Below, piece by piece: positions 1 through 11,519 of a stretch of DNA of 64,000 nucleotides. This DNA comes from Heptranchias perlo. Lineage: Eukaryota. The DNA lies in assembly GCF_035084215.1 (NCBI RefSeq), contig NC_090358.1, positions 2,294,001 through 2,358,000 of the forward strand, given 5' to 3'. Every line of letters begins with the position of its first letter. Within the stretch, counting starts at the first letter, position 1. A program made the position numbers and the translations under genes. Below the pieces are notes generated by a model. The model was not told where the DNA came from and did not search any database. It saw nothing but the letters and a program-made list of their open reading frames with translations.

Positions 1-415
1 CTGAAAACTTGTTGATACCCTACATTATGCTGAGTGCAGGTAGAGCTGCTATATTGTACTTCTGAACTGAGTTATGTGGTAATAAACTGAACACAGTTAA
101 TGCATTATTGTAATCATTTAATAAAGTTATTGTTCTGTTCATGATGATTAAGTTAATAATTATCTTATCCTTGACTGCACAGAAGTAGTGTGATAAATTA
201 GTTATTAATTTTACAGCAAACTGCCTCGTGTTAAGTCCTTGATATCTTTGGAAACCCGAGAGTTAAATGTTTTTTGTACCTGAGGTGGGTTATGTAGGAC
301 TAAATCGGACATCCCAATAAAGCCTTAGACAAAGATGTAAATCTCAATCCATTATTCCTACATACAGGAGATAAATGAACTAAAATATAATTAAAACTGC
401 AATGGTTAATGTTCA

Positions 416-577
<162 letters not shown>

Positions 578-1615
578 CTAAAAAATAAATGATGATGGAC
601 AATGTGGTCAGTTCTAGGAAGATGAGCATAGAATAAGAAAAGGCCATTTGACCCATCAAGCCCACTCCTTCCAACGGACCATGTAGAGCTTAACAACCTC
701 TCCCAGCTTGTGTAACCGCAGATCAAACTTCCCACAAGAGAAACCTCCCAGTCAACAAAAGTAAACACGGATCAGTTGGGTAATACAGGGCCCTGTGTAG
801 AACTGAGCCATACAGACCAGGAAGGTCGCAGTTTCAGTCTCCAGTCTCAGCTCAGCCTGTGATGGGAAAGGGGTGGAAGTGGTTGGGGCGCTACAGTTGG
901 CTTCAGTGCTCAAGTTTGGGGAGGTGTAAAAAAAAGACAGGGTTCCCACTCCTGATCACTATCCAGAGAGTGGTGTGTGTGGATGTGAGGCGAGGAGAGG
1001 ATTGGGCTCGACTGTATTGGTGATGTTGTGGGCGGCAGTTCTGGAGGAGATCGGCCTTAGAAGTTGTGGGGGCAGGAAAAGCTCAGCTGCGGATTTGTAA
1101 CTTTACACTAAGGTGGTATCTCTGTCAAGCAGGTTTGGGGAGACACAGTGATTGGCCACTTCACCGAGTACAGTAGATTTAGGCAAGGCTGCAGGATCAC
1201 AGGTGGTCTGAGTGCTACAGTAACACAGCTGTCTGTTCTCAATAGAAAGACGTGATCCCATGGAAGAGTCGAATAGCCTTATGCTAATGAAAGATGGCTA
1301 CTTGAGTGAGGTGACAGAGGACGGCCCATGTTCACGGAGATGAACCCCTCTATGTGTCTGCACATTCAAGAGAGGAAGAGAAAATTGGAACAAAAACCAT
1401 GAAAAAACACCGATAATTCGAAAGGATTGTTAATGTTTAGTGTTCAGAGAAAACGTGGCTCCGAGGTTTTTTTATTTGTTCTCGGGAAATGGGCATTCAG
1501 CTGTCCCTGAGAAGGTGATGGTGAACCTTCTCTTTGAACCTCTGCAGTCCTTGTGACTGACACAGATATTAGCTTGTAACAAATTATGTTCATACATTTT
1601 CCACATTCCACAGAC

Positions 1616-1725
1616 CTGCGGGAGATCCCCATGGTACAGGGTCACTACGGGCTGGATCTTGCTCTCCAGGAGGGCGTTTATCAGATCATTATAATACTTG
1701 ATTCCTTTGTCATTGGTTTGTTCAG
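1616..1725 (-). CDS. LCTL: LCTL coding exon 4
   Basis: tacag|CT...CAG|gtctg, 110 bp; (A)[36 protein letters not shown]; phase fits exons 3 and 5. Confidence 0.92.
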
Positions 1726-2557
1726 CTGTACAATACGGAGAGAAAAAACAGACGAGCTATGACTTGCAAATAAAACAGGAAGTTATTTTGCAACAATAAA
1801 ATATGTCTTCACCACCCTTTCTTGTTACATTCTCCTTCCCCAATCCTCCAGGGCTCTACACACCTCCTCCCACAACTGGATAAAGGCTGCTCTGTACTAT
1901 TAATCTTGCTGGGCTCCTGTGCGAGGGCAGTTCTGGAGGAGATCAGCCTTGGAGGTTGTGAGGGCAGCGGAGTAGATTTAATCAGAGTTGGAATATCACA
2001 GGTAACTTCAGCACCACAGTAACACCGTCCTGAAACGTTAACTCTGTTTCTTTCTCCACAGTTTCTTTCTTCACTCGCTGAGCTTCTCCAGCATGTACTG
2101 TTTTTATTGCGGATTTCCAGCATCTGCAGTATTTTACAGTAACTCTTCTGATAGAAAGACGTGAAGCTATGAGAGAGGAAGCCTCACACCTCAAGGCTGC
2201 TCTGTCCCGGCCCTTTGGGCAGGTACTTTGCTTCTGCCCATCGCCCTCTCAGTGTGACTGGGACCGGCAGCTCACTGTGTGGAGAATGTCGAAGAGGGAT
2301 TCCAACCCCAATGTGCCAAAAAGATAAACCACCAGGACTGTGTTTCCATTTATATTTCTTTACTATAAAATAGAAATTCTTTATACCCATGAATTTTCTC
2401 CACTTTTGGCAGACACACCGTAATCCCTGGCTGACCCCCCTTCCCTTCTACCAGCTCTCTGTCAATCTGCGGGTACTGCAGCCCAATCCAAGATTCAATT
2501 CAGTGTGAGCCCAATCTTGGATTGTATTGTGTGATCGCAAAGTGAGCGACGTGTTAC

Positions 2558-2645
2558 CTTTTATCCCAGTGGGCACGATTCGGGGCCAGGAGATAGAAAA
2601 GCGATAATGATTGACTTTCAACTCCTTCAGCAAGGCAACGTCCTC
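2558..2645 (-). CDS. LCTL: LCTL coding exon 3
   Basis: tacag|GAG...G|gtaac, 88 bp; EDVALLKELKVNHYRFSISWPRIVPTGIK (GH1 YRFSISWPR motif). Confidence 0.94.
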
Positions 2646-2978
2646 CTGTAATAGGACCAAATATTAACCAGGCTTTGTACACATGAGGAGCATTGACTGG
2701 AACATCACAGGAAACGACAAAACAAAACCAGACCATGCCTGAAACATGCGGCAGGCAGAGAGAAAAAGAGAGGCTAACGTTTCAGACAGTGTCCCTCCCC
2801 GGAGCTCTATAAGAAACAGGGCCCTTTTTAATTGGGGGCAATGATAAGGAGTGGGTGATATAGCCAATTAAAACACTCCTCTAAATGCTAGATTTGAAAT
2901 CAGGCGAAATGCTTGGGAGGGCTAGCTGGTGTATATTAATGGGTTATTATCACTATGAATGGGTTAGCTGTGTCTACA

Positions 2979-3663
2979 GGGTACAGTAGTGTAGTGGGTG
3001 TAGTGCTGGCCTCACAATCAAGAGGTTGTGAGTTGAAATCCCATTATGGTAAGCACTGGGTGCAAAGGCTCTATGGGGAAAGGCCACCGTTTAGAGCCAT
3101 CCTGCCATTGTATACGGAGGGGCTGGAATCAGGGAAAACCCCCCTGGGGCAGAATGTAAAATGACAAATGAATGTAATGAAATGTAATGTATCTGTAATC
3201 AATAAGCTGTATTGATTGTATTGCAATAAGGCACCCTAGAGTGTCATGAACTGTAATTATCATGTACCATGTGTAACTATTATTTGAATCATAGTTGAGC
3301 CGTACTTTATGTATCTTGCAAATTGTACAATCTGTACTGTCTATGTTTGAAATGTGATATGGCAATTGTACTGCATGTATCGTTACAAATTTTATGAATA
3401 AAGTATATTTTTTAAACAAAAAAAAATCCCATTGTGGTAAGTTGTGAATCAGAATTTAATAAATCAGGACATTTGTGGGATGATACATGAAAGCTGTTGG
3501 GTTGTTGTAAAAACCCAACTGGTTGACTAATGTTCTTCAGGAAAGGGAATCTACCATTCCTACACATGTGAATCCAGTCCCACACTACACGGTTGACTTG
3601 TAATGTCCTCAGGGCAATAAATACGGCCTTGCCGGTGTCATACACATCCCAAGAACAGAAAAC
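2979..3663 (+). mobile_element. Bipartite tRNA-head SINE interrupted by a Tx1/L1 fragment
   Basis: A/B-box-like head (TAGTGTAGTGG...GTTGAAATCCC); body similar to the 5' UTR at 34730-34900; tail (GGGCAATAAAT..GGCCTTGCC...CACATCCC) similar to 37860-37910. Confidence 0.7.
3054..3423 (+). mobile_element. Tx1/L1-clade LINE 3' end
   Basis: ORF end AKALWGKATV*, AATAAA and A-tail; 18-bp TSD AAATCCCATT(A/G)TGGTAAG at 3036-3053 and 3424-3441. Confidence 0.8.
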
Positions 3664-4081
3664 AAACACAATCATGTAGTCTATATGTGTTTCAGGCAGC
3701 CTTGGTTCCACTCCTAGATGGATAAGAGTCAATTAATGCCCATAATGTGGCCTTAATTGAACAATCCAACATCACCGGGGTGGTTACTGTGCAGAGTGGA
3801 ATTATCACACTGAGGTATTATGGGATGCTGTACAATGGCTGCAATTTACATACATTTTTGGGACGGAATAGAAGAAACTGCTTTATTGTACCTCTATCCA
3901 GTGCAGGCTTAGGAGTCCTGATTCCAACAAATGCAAGCAGTGGAACTATATTTAATCTCCAGCATTAACATTGGGCTTAGTTCAATATTGACCATCTCTC
4001 CTCCCAAACATTACAACATTCTAAAAATGTGAATCCATTTATTTGGGTTATACTGGTTGTGTTTTACCTTTGTATCAATGT

Positions 4082-4482
4082 GTCAGCCATGGCTCTGTTG
4101 GTAGCACTCTTGCCTCTGAGTTAGAAGGGTTCAGGTCCTGCTCTAGGACTTGATCACCTAATCCAGGTTGATACTCTAGTGCTGTGCTGTCTTTCAGTTG
4201 AGATGTTAAACTAAGGCCCTGTCAGGTAGATGTAAAAAATCCCATGGCATTATTTGATAGAAGAGTAGGAGAGGTGCCCTGGACAATATTTATCCCTCAA
4301 CAAACATTAAAAGAAAGATTATCTGGTCATTTATCGCATTGCTGTTTGTGGGATCTTGCTGTGTGCAAATTGGCTGCCCTGTTTCCTACGTTACAACAGT
4401 AACTAAACTTCAAAAGTACTTCATTGGCTGTAAAGCACTTTGGGATGTTGTGCAAGGCACAATATAATTGCAAGTTCTCTCT
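4082..4482 (+). mobile_element. SacSINE1-like tRNA-derived Deu-SINE
   Basis: Head GGCTCTGTTGGTAGCACTCTTGCCTCTGAG; tail TACTTCATTGGCTGTAAAGCACTTTGGGATG. Related copies at ~12220, 17850, 33826, 39866, 40470, 54714, 55262 and 56795. Confidence 0.75.
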
Positions 4483-4500
4483 TTATTTATGTGTTCTTAC

Positions 4501-4661
4501 CTTGAATTTATAATAGCTTTCACAAGATGAATCCCCCGTTTCATTCAGATATACTCTTCCTTTCGTATGGGTGAAAACATCCCAGATACTGAGTCCTTTC
4601 CCATCTTGATCCCAAGCCCCTTCTGTTTGGTAGGCAGAACTTCCCACACCCCAGGTGAAAC
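4501..4661 (-). CDS. LCTL: LCTL coding exon 2
   Basis: tttcag|GT...AAG|gtaag, 161 bp; (G)[53 protein letters not shown] (GH1 N-terminal signature). Confidence 0.94.
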
Positions 4662-4984
4662 CTGAAACAGATGCAATAGTTAATTTCTGTGTTTCACAAC
4701 AGCTTGTTCAACACTGAACATTACCCGGCTAAATACCAAATTGTTTCAGGAAAAGCCGTCAGCCAAGTGAAAGGTTCCAATGCAGAAAGTTTAAAGATTG
4801 TACTGCACGACCATCAGCTCCAAATACAACTTTTAAGTAAAGAATGAATTATGTCGAGTTTTTTCATTTGTGGCTGGTTAAATCAAGGCAGCAGATGGAT
4901 TAGAAACAAAATGTTTGTAGTCATAGAAATTTCAGAAGGATGGAGGCCATTCAGTGCTGGCTCCACATCAGAACTAACTACTCT

Positions 4985-5510
4985 ACATCCCTTTCCTACT
5001 CTAGACTAGATAATGTAGACCATGATAAGCTGTTTCATCTTGTCCAGAACAGTAGAACCAGAGGACATGGCCTGCACTTGAAGGGGGTAAATTCAAAACT
5101 AATCTTCGGAAACAATATTTCAGTGAGTGAGTGGTCAATCTATGGAACGGGCTCCCTGGGGAGAGGTCGAAAGTAGTTAATATTGATTCATTCAAATGCA
5201 AATTAAATAGATTTCTTTCAGAAAATAACATTTTGGGACACGGTATATCAGTAATTTGAGACATGACCTGTGGTGAGTGTAACAGGCTCGGGAGGAACAG
5301 GTGACTTTGGACCTCTGGTTCTCAAAGCTCTCAACCACTGGGGGTTTTCCTCGCCTCATGTCTGGGTCTGTTGTAGACTCATTGATAGAGATTGATCGCT
5401 ACGATTAATCAACGACTCCATTATCATTGTATCATGCGACTACCAGGATGGTGGAAGGCGAACGAGATGGACTGTGGTCTTTTTTGGTCCAGCAATTCCA
5501 ACATTCCTAA
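4985..5510 (+). mobile_element. CR1 LINE 3' fragment
   Basis: RTRGH...RVV..WN-type ORF2 C-terminus followed by 3' UTR. Confidence 0.65.
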
Positions 5511-6040
5511 TACTTCTTAATAATCGAACAAGTGTTATGAAATGGGTTTAGGGAAACTATATATTGAAAACTTGTTTCATTAAAAGTTTTTTTGCTGAAC
5601 TTGTTTGTGAAACTCTGAACATAACTGTACAGGCTGTTTATTGCTGGGTTAACCAGCCCTTCAATACCCTATAAATCATAACACAATCTAATGTACAAAA
5701 TCCCACTCCTGCAAAGCAGATGTGGGTGATCAGTTTTAAAATGGTTAAGGTTATGATTCCTTTGGACACATAAAAAAAATCAAAAGGAATCAGTTTATTC
5801 TGCAAATGTGGAAAACTGAAAAAGTAGGGCTCACTTGTGCAGAAGTTGCTCTTAAAGGCATCATAAAAAGTTGGGTCAGTGACAGGAGCTGGACATTCTG
5901 GGAAGATGGACGTGTTATAAACACAAAACACATGGCACCTTACAACTGGGCATCTTAACCATGTTTTAAACACTTTCTACAGCGGTAAATAAATACACCA
6001 CGTATGTTCCATGTTTCCTTAGGTCCTTAAATACCCTTAC

Positions 6041-6167
6041 CAGTGGGGAAAGTCCCGTAATAGAAGGATCCACTATGGTCTTTTGTCCAGTCGAATTCCT
6101 GAGACAGACACAGAGGCAGGACCAGCAGAAAGGCACAGGACACACCATGCAGAGCCGGGGGCTGCAT
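6041..6167 (-). CDS. LCTL: LCTL coding exon 1 (signal peptide)
   Basis: ATG at 6167; MQPPALHGVSCAFLLVLPLCLSQEFDWTKDHSGSFYYGTFPT-G|gtaagg, hydrophobic leader; phase 1 joins exon 2. A pyrimidine tract and TAG acceptor at ~6242-6270 imply an upstream non-coding exon. Confidence 0.88.
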
Positions 6168-6271
6168 CGTCCTTCAGTTAGTGTCGACCCAGCACTCTCA
6201 GGCCAGCACCCCTCCACAACCTGTTGTCACAAAGAGGACTCCTACAGATAGGAATGCAGGAGAAAAACAGT

Positions 6272-6820
6272 TAGATTGAACAGACTGGGACTTTTTTCTC
6301 TAGAAAAGTGAAGGCTGAAGGGTGATCCGCGGGAATTCTTTAAAATTATGAAGGGGTTTGATAGCGTGGATGTAGAGAAGATGTTTCCACTTGAGGGGGA
6401 ATCCAGAACTAGGGGCCATAAATATAAGATAGTCAGTAATAAATCCAATAGAAAATTCAGGAGAAACTTCTTTATGGAGAGTGGTGAGAATGTGGAACTC
6501 GCTACCACAAGGAGTAGTTGAGGCAAATAACATCCATGCATTTAAAGGGAAGCTGGATAAACACATGAGGGTGAAAGGAATAGAAGGATATGGTGATAGG
6601 GTTAGATGAAGGGAGGTGGGAGGAGGCTCATAGAATCATAGAAAGGTTACAGCACGGAAGGAGGTAATTCGGCCCATCGAGTCCGTGCCGGCTCTATGCA
6701 AGAGTAATCCAGCTAGTCCCACTCCCCCGCCCTTTCCCCATGTGCAGCATGAACACTGGCACAGACCAGTTGGACTGAATGGCCTGTTCCTGTGCTGTAC
6801 GTTCTATGTAATTCTATGTG
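6272..6820 (+). mobile_element. CR1 LINE 3' fragment with an opposite-orientation CR1 tail inserted (~6629-6741)
   Basis: LGLFSLEK.RL.GD and RTRGHKYK motifs; TTCTATG tail repeats. Confidence 0.8.
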
Positions 6821-7678
6821 AAATTGCACCTAGGGTGAGTTTTTAACCATCACAACTTTCAACAAATGCAATATTATATCAAAAATGTAGATTTCTGTGT
6901 CTCTCTATATATAAATGATCCATTTGCCTTGTGTTATTATATTAAAAGGCAGCCTCCCCATCCAGGTAATTATATGAGATATCAATTAAGTGAATTTCTA
7001 GGATTTGGCCTCATCCTATCTCATCCATCTGGAAAACCACAATAGTTCCCCCATTACAACATTCAACCGCCTCTTAACTGATTCCAGGCTTTTTGCTTCT
7101 TGTTTCTTGTGTGCACAATTCTCCAGGTGACTGCTAAAGAACCTTTGTACCAGATAGTTAAAAGTGACACTTCAATGACAGGTTGGGTGATTTCAAGATT
7201 GTAATATTGTATCATTAGGAATTTAGACTCACTTTTTGATATTTCTCCACACAAAAAACACATTAAAGTTCAAACAACAATTTTCTATTTGACAGAAAAC
7301 ATGGAAAAATGAATGACGAAATACTGATCCACCCAAATATTAAATATTGAAACTCACAACACAAAAGATTCTTGCCTTTCATAAATCTGACTGCTTTAAG
7401 TTTTTGTAAGTTCCTGTATATTTCAAACATTCATCAGGTTGCATTTCTCCTGCTTTATCTGCCCATCTATCAGAACAGATGATGAAATATTGTTTATTAC
7501 AGTTTTTAATAAATTTCCTCTATCTCTGCCTCGCCAAATAGAAAATACTGAATTTCTAACGAAATGATTATATATGTCAAATGCACAACCAAAATTAATC
7601 AGGTTTGACAAATGAAAATTAATAAAAGAGGACAATTCATTTCCCGAAAGATCGAGTGCACCAGATAATAAATCTTAC

Positions 7679-7962
7679 CTGTTATCCCTTCTTCATTTAT
7701 CCAGAGTGGGAGAGAGGACACGAACTACAAGCAAAATACATCCCACAGAGAATAAATCTCCCAACTCCAAAATACCCTGCAGCCCTACACAGCTCAAAAA
7801 CTAACAAAACTTTGAAGAACAATCCAGCACAACACCATTCACTGCCTCCAAACAGAGAGAAAACTTCCTTTGGAACTCAATGGTGCGTTGCTAAATTCAG
7901 CTTAGTCACACAAAACTCTTTGTATAGAGTGAGTTTCCCTCGGTAAGCAAACTTTTTTATAT
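7679..7962 (-). promoter_or_regulatory. Candidate LCTL 5'-UTR exon and TATA box
   Basis: Minus-strand consensus donor CAG|GTAAGA at 7679/7678, minus-strand TATAAAA at ~7955-7961, MARE-like TGCTAAATTCAGC at ~7889-7901; motif evidence only. Confidence 0.4.
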
Positions 7963-8520
7963 GCTGTATGTGAACTAACAACTCGTGTTTTTTGATGACA
8001 ATACCTTACAATGAGAAAGGACGAGCCCAATGCAGTGATTAGTGGGAATAGTTCTAAACGTAAGCGAATACCTGGCGAGGGAGGACAGGACAATGAGTTT
8101 CAGAAATACACCAGCAATGTGGGGAACAGACTGAAAACTGCTGGCTACAGCGGCAATCGCGGACAAAGCCATTTTACCGCACATGACAACCTAGCCTAAC
8201 TGGGTTTTATATATTTCAACAATTTGGAAATGTAATTATTAGGATTTTTAATTCTTCAGAAAAGCGATTTTGCACCTTATCCAAAAAAAAAACCCTTCTT
8301 GCAGCAACCCTGAACTCTTGATTGTAAAATTACAATGGATTATTGTTGTCTTTCGCCAAACTCATGCAGATAAATTGATTGTTGTAATTATCTTTAGCTT
8401 TTGTTGGGGTTTTAATCTTTCAATAGACTCGGGGTAGTTGCAAGAACAATCTACACCCCGTCCACAGTATCCGCCCATTGATAGTGCTGTGAGTATTTAA
8501 TCTGTTCCTTACCGGAGCCA

Positions 8521-8572
8521 TTGGCCGGACTCAGTATCTTCACTAAAGTTCCTCAATAGCAGAACAAATCAG
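8521..8572 (+). pseudogene. crybgx: Disrupted first coding exon of the crybgx-like crystallin
   Basis: Reads SIFTKVP in one frame (stop TAG 8557-8559) and IAEQI-S in the -1 frame ending AG|gtagga (phase 2, matching the next exon). No ATG before an upstream stop in any frame. Resembles the teleost Crybgx N-terminus as recalled (MNIFTKVPGLAQQTSKLG). Confidence 0.6.
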
Positions 8573-11150
8573 GTAGGATTATGTCTGGGCGCCGACACAC
8601 GGATAGAAAGGGCTCTCCTTTGGCATGCTCACATTTCCATTTGTAAGATCAAGGTGACGATTTCTCCTGAGATGGGCAGTCATGTCTTTGTTGACGGTGG
8701 GGACAATCAGGTGATGAAGTGAGCTGGAGATGTTGCTATTAGACAAGTTAAGTCTCACTTTTTGTGACAAAATCTATGATCTCGCACTCGGACTTAGTAA
8801 AGTTCAAAATTACACTATTGCATTGGACGGGGCTGACCTTATGCAAAGGTCCACCCTTCACAATCTCACAGAAATTAGGCCCAACTGTCTACTAAAAGGT
8901 TGTTTCTGGAGGCGGGGACCCGAGCTGCTATAACTGGACTTCAATATTCTGCACCAGTTGGGGAGTTCTGTTGGGGTTTGATGTGAGGTTGGAGGATCCT
9001 GGACTGGACCAGATTTAAGGTGACACTTCCGTTTTATTTTGAGGCCCTCAGGCTCATCCTGGGCCCCAGAATGTGCGCAGACTTTTGGCATGTGAGATTT
9101 GCGAGGAAGCAGCCATCTGTTCCTCGCCGCCTGATGCCTTCCAGCGGTCCAGACACCCTGAAAGCGCTTTGGATATTGGCATTGTTCCCTCCTCGTCCGA
9201 ATCAGGGTTTATGGAGAATGGCATCAAACCCCTGGGAAAGTTGGAACTTGGCTTCTTGGCAAAGTACAAATTCTCCCTTTTGTGCTCACAGCATCTACCA
9301 GGGTTAATATCTCGATACAGCTCCCTCTCGCTACACTCTCTTGATTTTCTATCTAATATCCCAAAAAAAAAGTGTACGTGTCCTAGTGTGATATGGACAT
9401 CTGCCCAGTGATTTGAATATTTTACTGGTGTTAATCCGGGCTTTCCAATACCCAGGCAAGCCTCACCTATTTTACGAAGGCATCTTTTGACAATATCGAC
9501 CTGCTCTCAATCAAATTTGACAGATGTTAAATCAGTGAACTGGACATTTCTCAGGCACCATCAGAGTCCGTTGGATAAAACGTGAAACAGATTCTGTCTG
9601 CTTGCTTCGTGATTCAGGTGGAGGTTACAGATCCCTATTTGAAGAGGAGCTGGAACTCCCGAGCAGGGATGGAACTTTGGTGGTGACCGTTAAAGAGTGC
9701 CAGAAGGTTGATGGTTCAAACCCCACTCCAGAGACTTGAGCACAAAGTCTCGGCTGATACATTATTGCAGCAGGGAGCGAGTTTTATTCTCCATGCTGTG
9801 CTTGACCTGAAATTCTTCACGCAGACAGTCTGCAAACATTAGAAAAATGATCCATTCTCCAGCACTGACATCTCTCACCTTGAAAAGCATTAAACTCCTC
9901 CCCCAGGATATGGCAAAATAACAATCAATATAAAAGCAGCTAGAATGATATCAAATGGGAATGCATGGAATTCGATAAGATGTTTATTGGCAGTTATGAA
10001 AAATTCATATGAATATATTAATATAAATTGCAGATCTCCGGTGGCACTGTTCAAGGTATATTGGATGGTTTATTGTTCTCTACAGAGAGGAGCAAGTTGT
10101 AAGATAGTGTTAATTTGAGGTTCAGATTTAATGTCTGTGTGTGGTGGATGTACATTATAGGGTGAGATCTCCCATGGCATTGCTCACGGTGAGTCAGCAG
10201 TTCCATTGTGGCAAGGCGGAGGGAGAAATGCTGGGATATGGAGGGGCAGGAAGGGTCCCTATCTCAGTTGAAAGAATGTGAAAGCAACTTTGTCGGAGAC
10301 CTCCTCAGAGGCAGTGAAGTAAGCGTTCTTTGATTGGTACTGGAAAATAATTAATATTTTCCTTACCCGTTGCAGGTAGGTAAATAAATACCAGAGTTAC
10401 ATAAATAAATCTTTGCATTTAATATGAGGGACAACTCTTTACTGTTACTGGTCATCTGTTTAGCGTGTGGATTTTTGTAGCAAGTTCCAAGAAATATATA
10501 AAACTTAACGAGATTAAACTAATTTACATCTTTCTTTACTGATCTACTTAAATTAGGACTTTTATTCCGAACCTCATTCCAAACTTGAATAATAATTATT
10601 CCGGAACTTGCTACTTGTTCAAATGGATTTTTTTTGAGTTTGGAGCATAAACAATTAAAAGAAGGGTAACTGCCGTGACACTATTTCCAAAATATGGACA
10701 ATCGCTCCTCACTCATTCACTGCTTTCTCAACTCTAATTGTGTTCGGTTTTCTTAATGTACTTGCTGAGGCCTAGCAAGTTTTGTGAATGGCCAGTTTTC
10801 AATTATAAAAAATTCTAGCGGTTTGATTATTATAACATGTAATGCACAATATATTATTCTGCTAAGGAGGAGGTATATCTATTTAAGGTAACAATGTCTA
10901 ACTGTTAGGTAAACACAAGCTCAGGTCACTGAGAGTTTAATTGCTGTTTGGTCTGGGAATCTTGCAAATTGTAAAGTGCTTGTCAGTTTTGACTCCAGGC
11001 CAAAAAGTGCCCAACATTAAGTAACTGGCCGTTTTGTTCTGAATCTGTAACAAAGTGTGACATCTGCAGTCCGTGTGTGCCCACATATTGTTTTTAATAT
11101 ATTGGTACATACAAATAGTTTAATGACCTTCATTGGTTTTCTTTTCCCAG

Positions 11151-11199
11151 CAAGCTGGGGTCGGTACTCCAACGTGCTTTCTATGGGCCTGGTGGCTGC
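11151..11199 (+). CDS. crybgx: Beta/gamma-crystallin (crybgx-like) exon 2, N-terminal arm
   Basis: ttttcccag|C AAG...TGC|gtaagt, 49 bp; (S)KLGSVLQRAFYGPGGC. Confidence 0.78.
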
Positions 11200-11291
11200 G
11201 TAAGTAAAAACCAGCAATTATTAACAGCATTGACATCTTGCTGAAGGTTATGGGCGATTGCTGATGTCCCAATCTTTGTGATTCATCTCAG

Positions 11292-11413
11292 GTGACCCTA
11301 TATGAGCAAAGAAACTTTTCTGGTAGGCGGTTAGCAGTAACCAGTGACTGCCCAAAGCTGTCAGAATGTAACTTCCCCGAGAGATGCAATTCTGTGCAAG
11401 TGGAGAGTGGAGC
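11292..11413 (+). CDS. crybgx: crybgx-like exon 3, Greek key 1
   Basis: cag|GTG...GC|gtaagt, 122 bp; VTLYEQRNFSGRRLAVTSDCPKLSECNFPERCNSVQVESG(A), YxxxxFxG and S-V-x-V motifs. Confidence 0.9.
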
Positions 11414-11519
11414 GTAAGTAGCTCAAAGTTAAACTGTTGTTATTGTTTTCGTGTCTTCACTCTCTTCCCTTGGAGAACAGTGTGAATTGTGGAAGGAGTC
11501 CCAGGCTGATAGGCCGCGA

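Noticed and set aside
790-1020. Old SINE-like family (also ~13540-13880, ~27130-27400, ~56170-56500)
   Set aside because: Recurrent motifs suggest a repeat, but boundaries and family could not be fixed by eye, so it was not listed as a feature
4082-4150. tRNA gene
   Set aside because: A/B-box-like sequence continues into a SINE body and tail and cannot form a full cloverleaf; the same applies to other SINE heads
8011-8199. 62-aa ATG ORF with an internal donor AAC|GTAAGC as a replacement first exon for the crystallin
   Set aside because: The donor is phase 1, incompatible with exon 2 (phase 2) and exon 3 (phase 0); no recognisable homology
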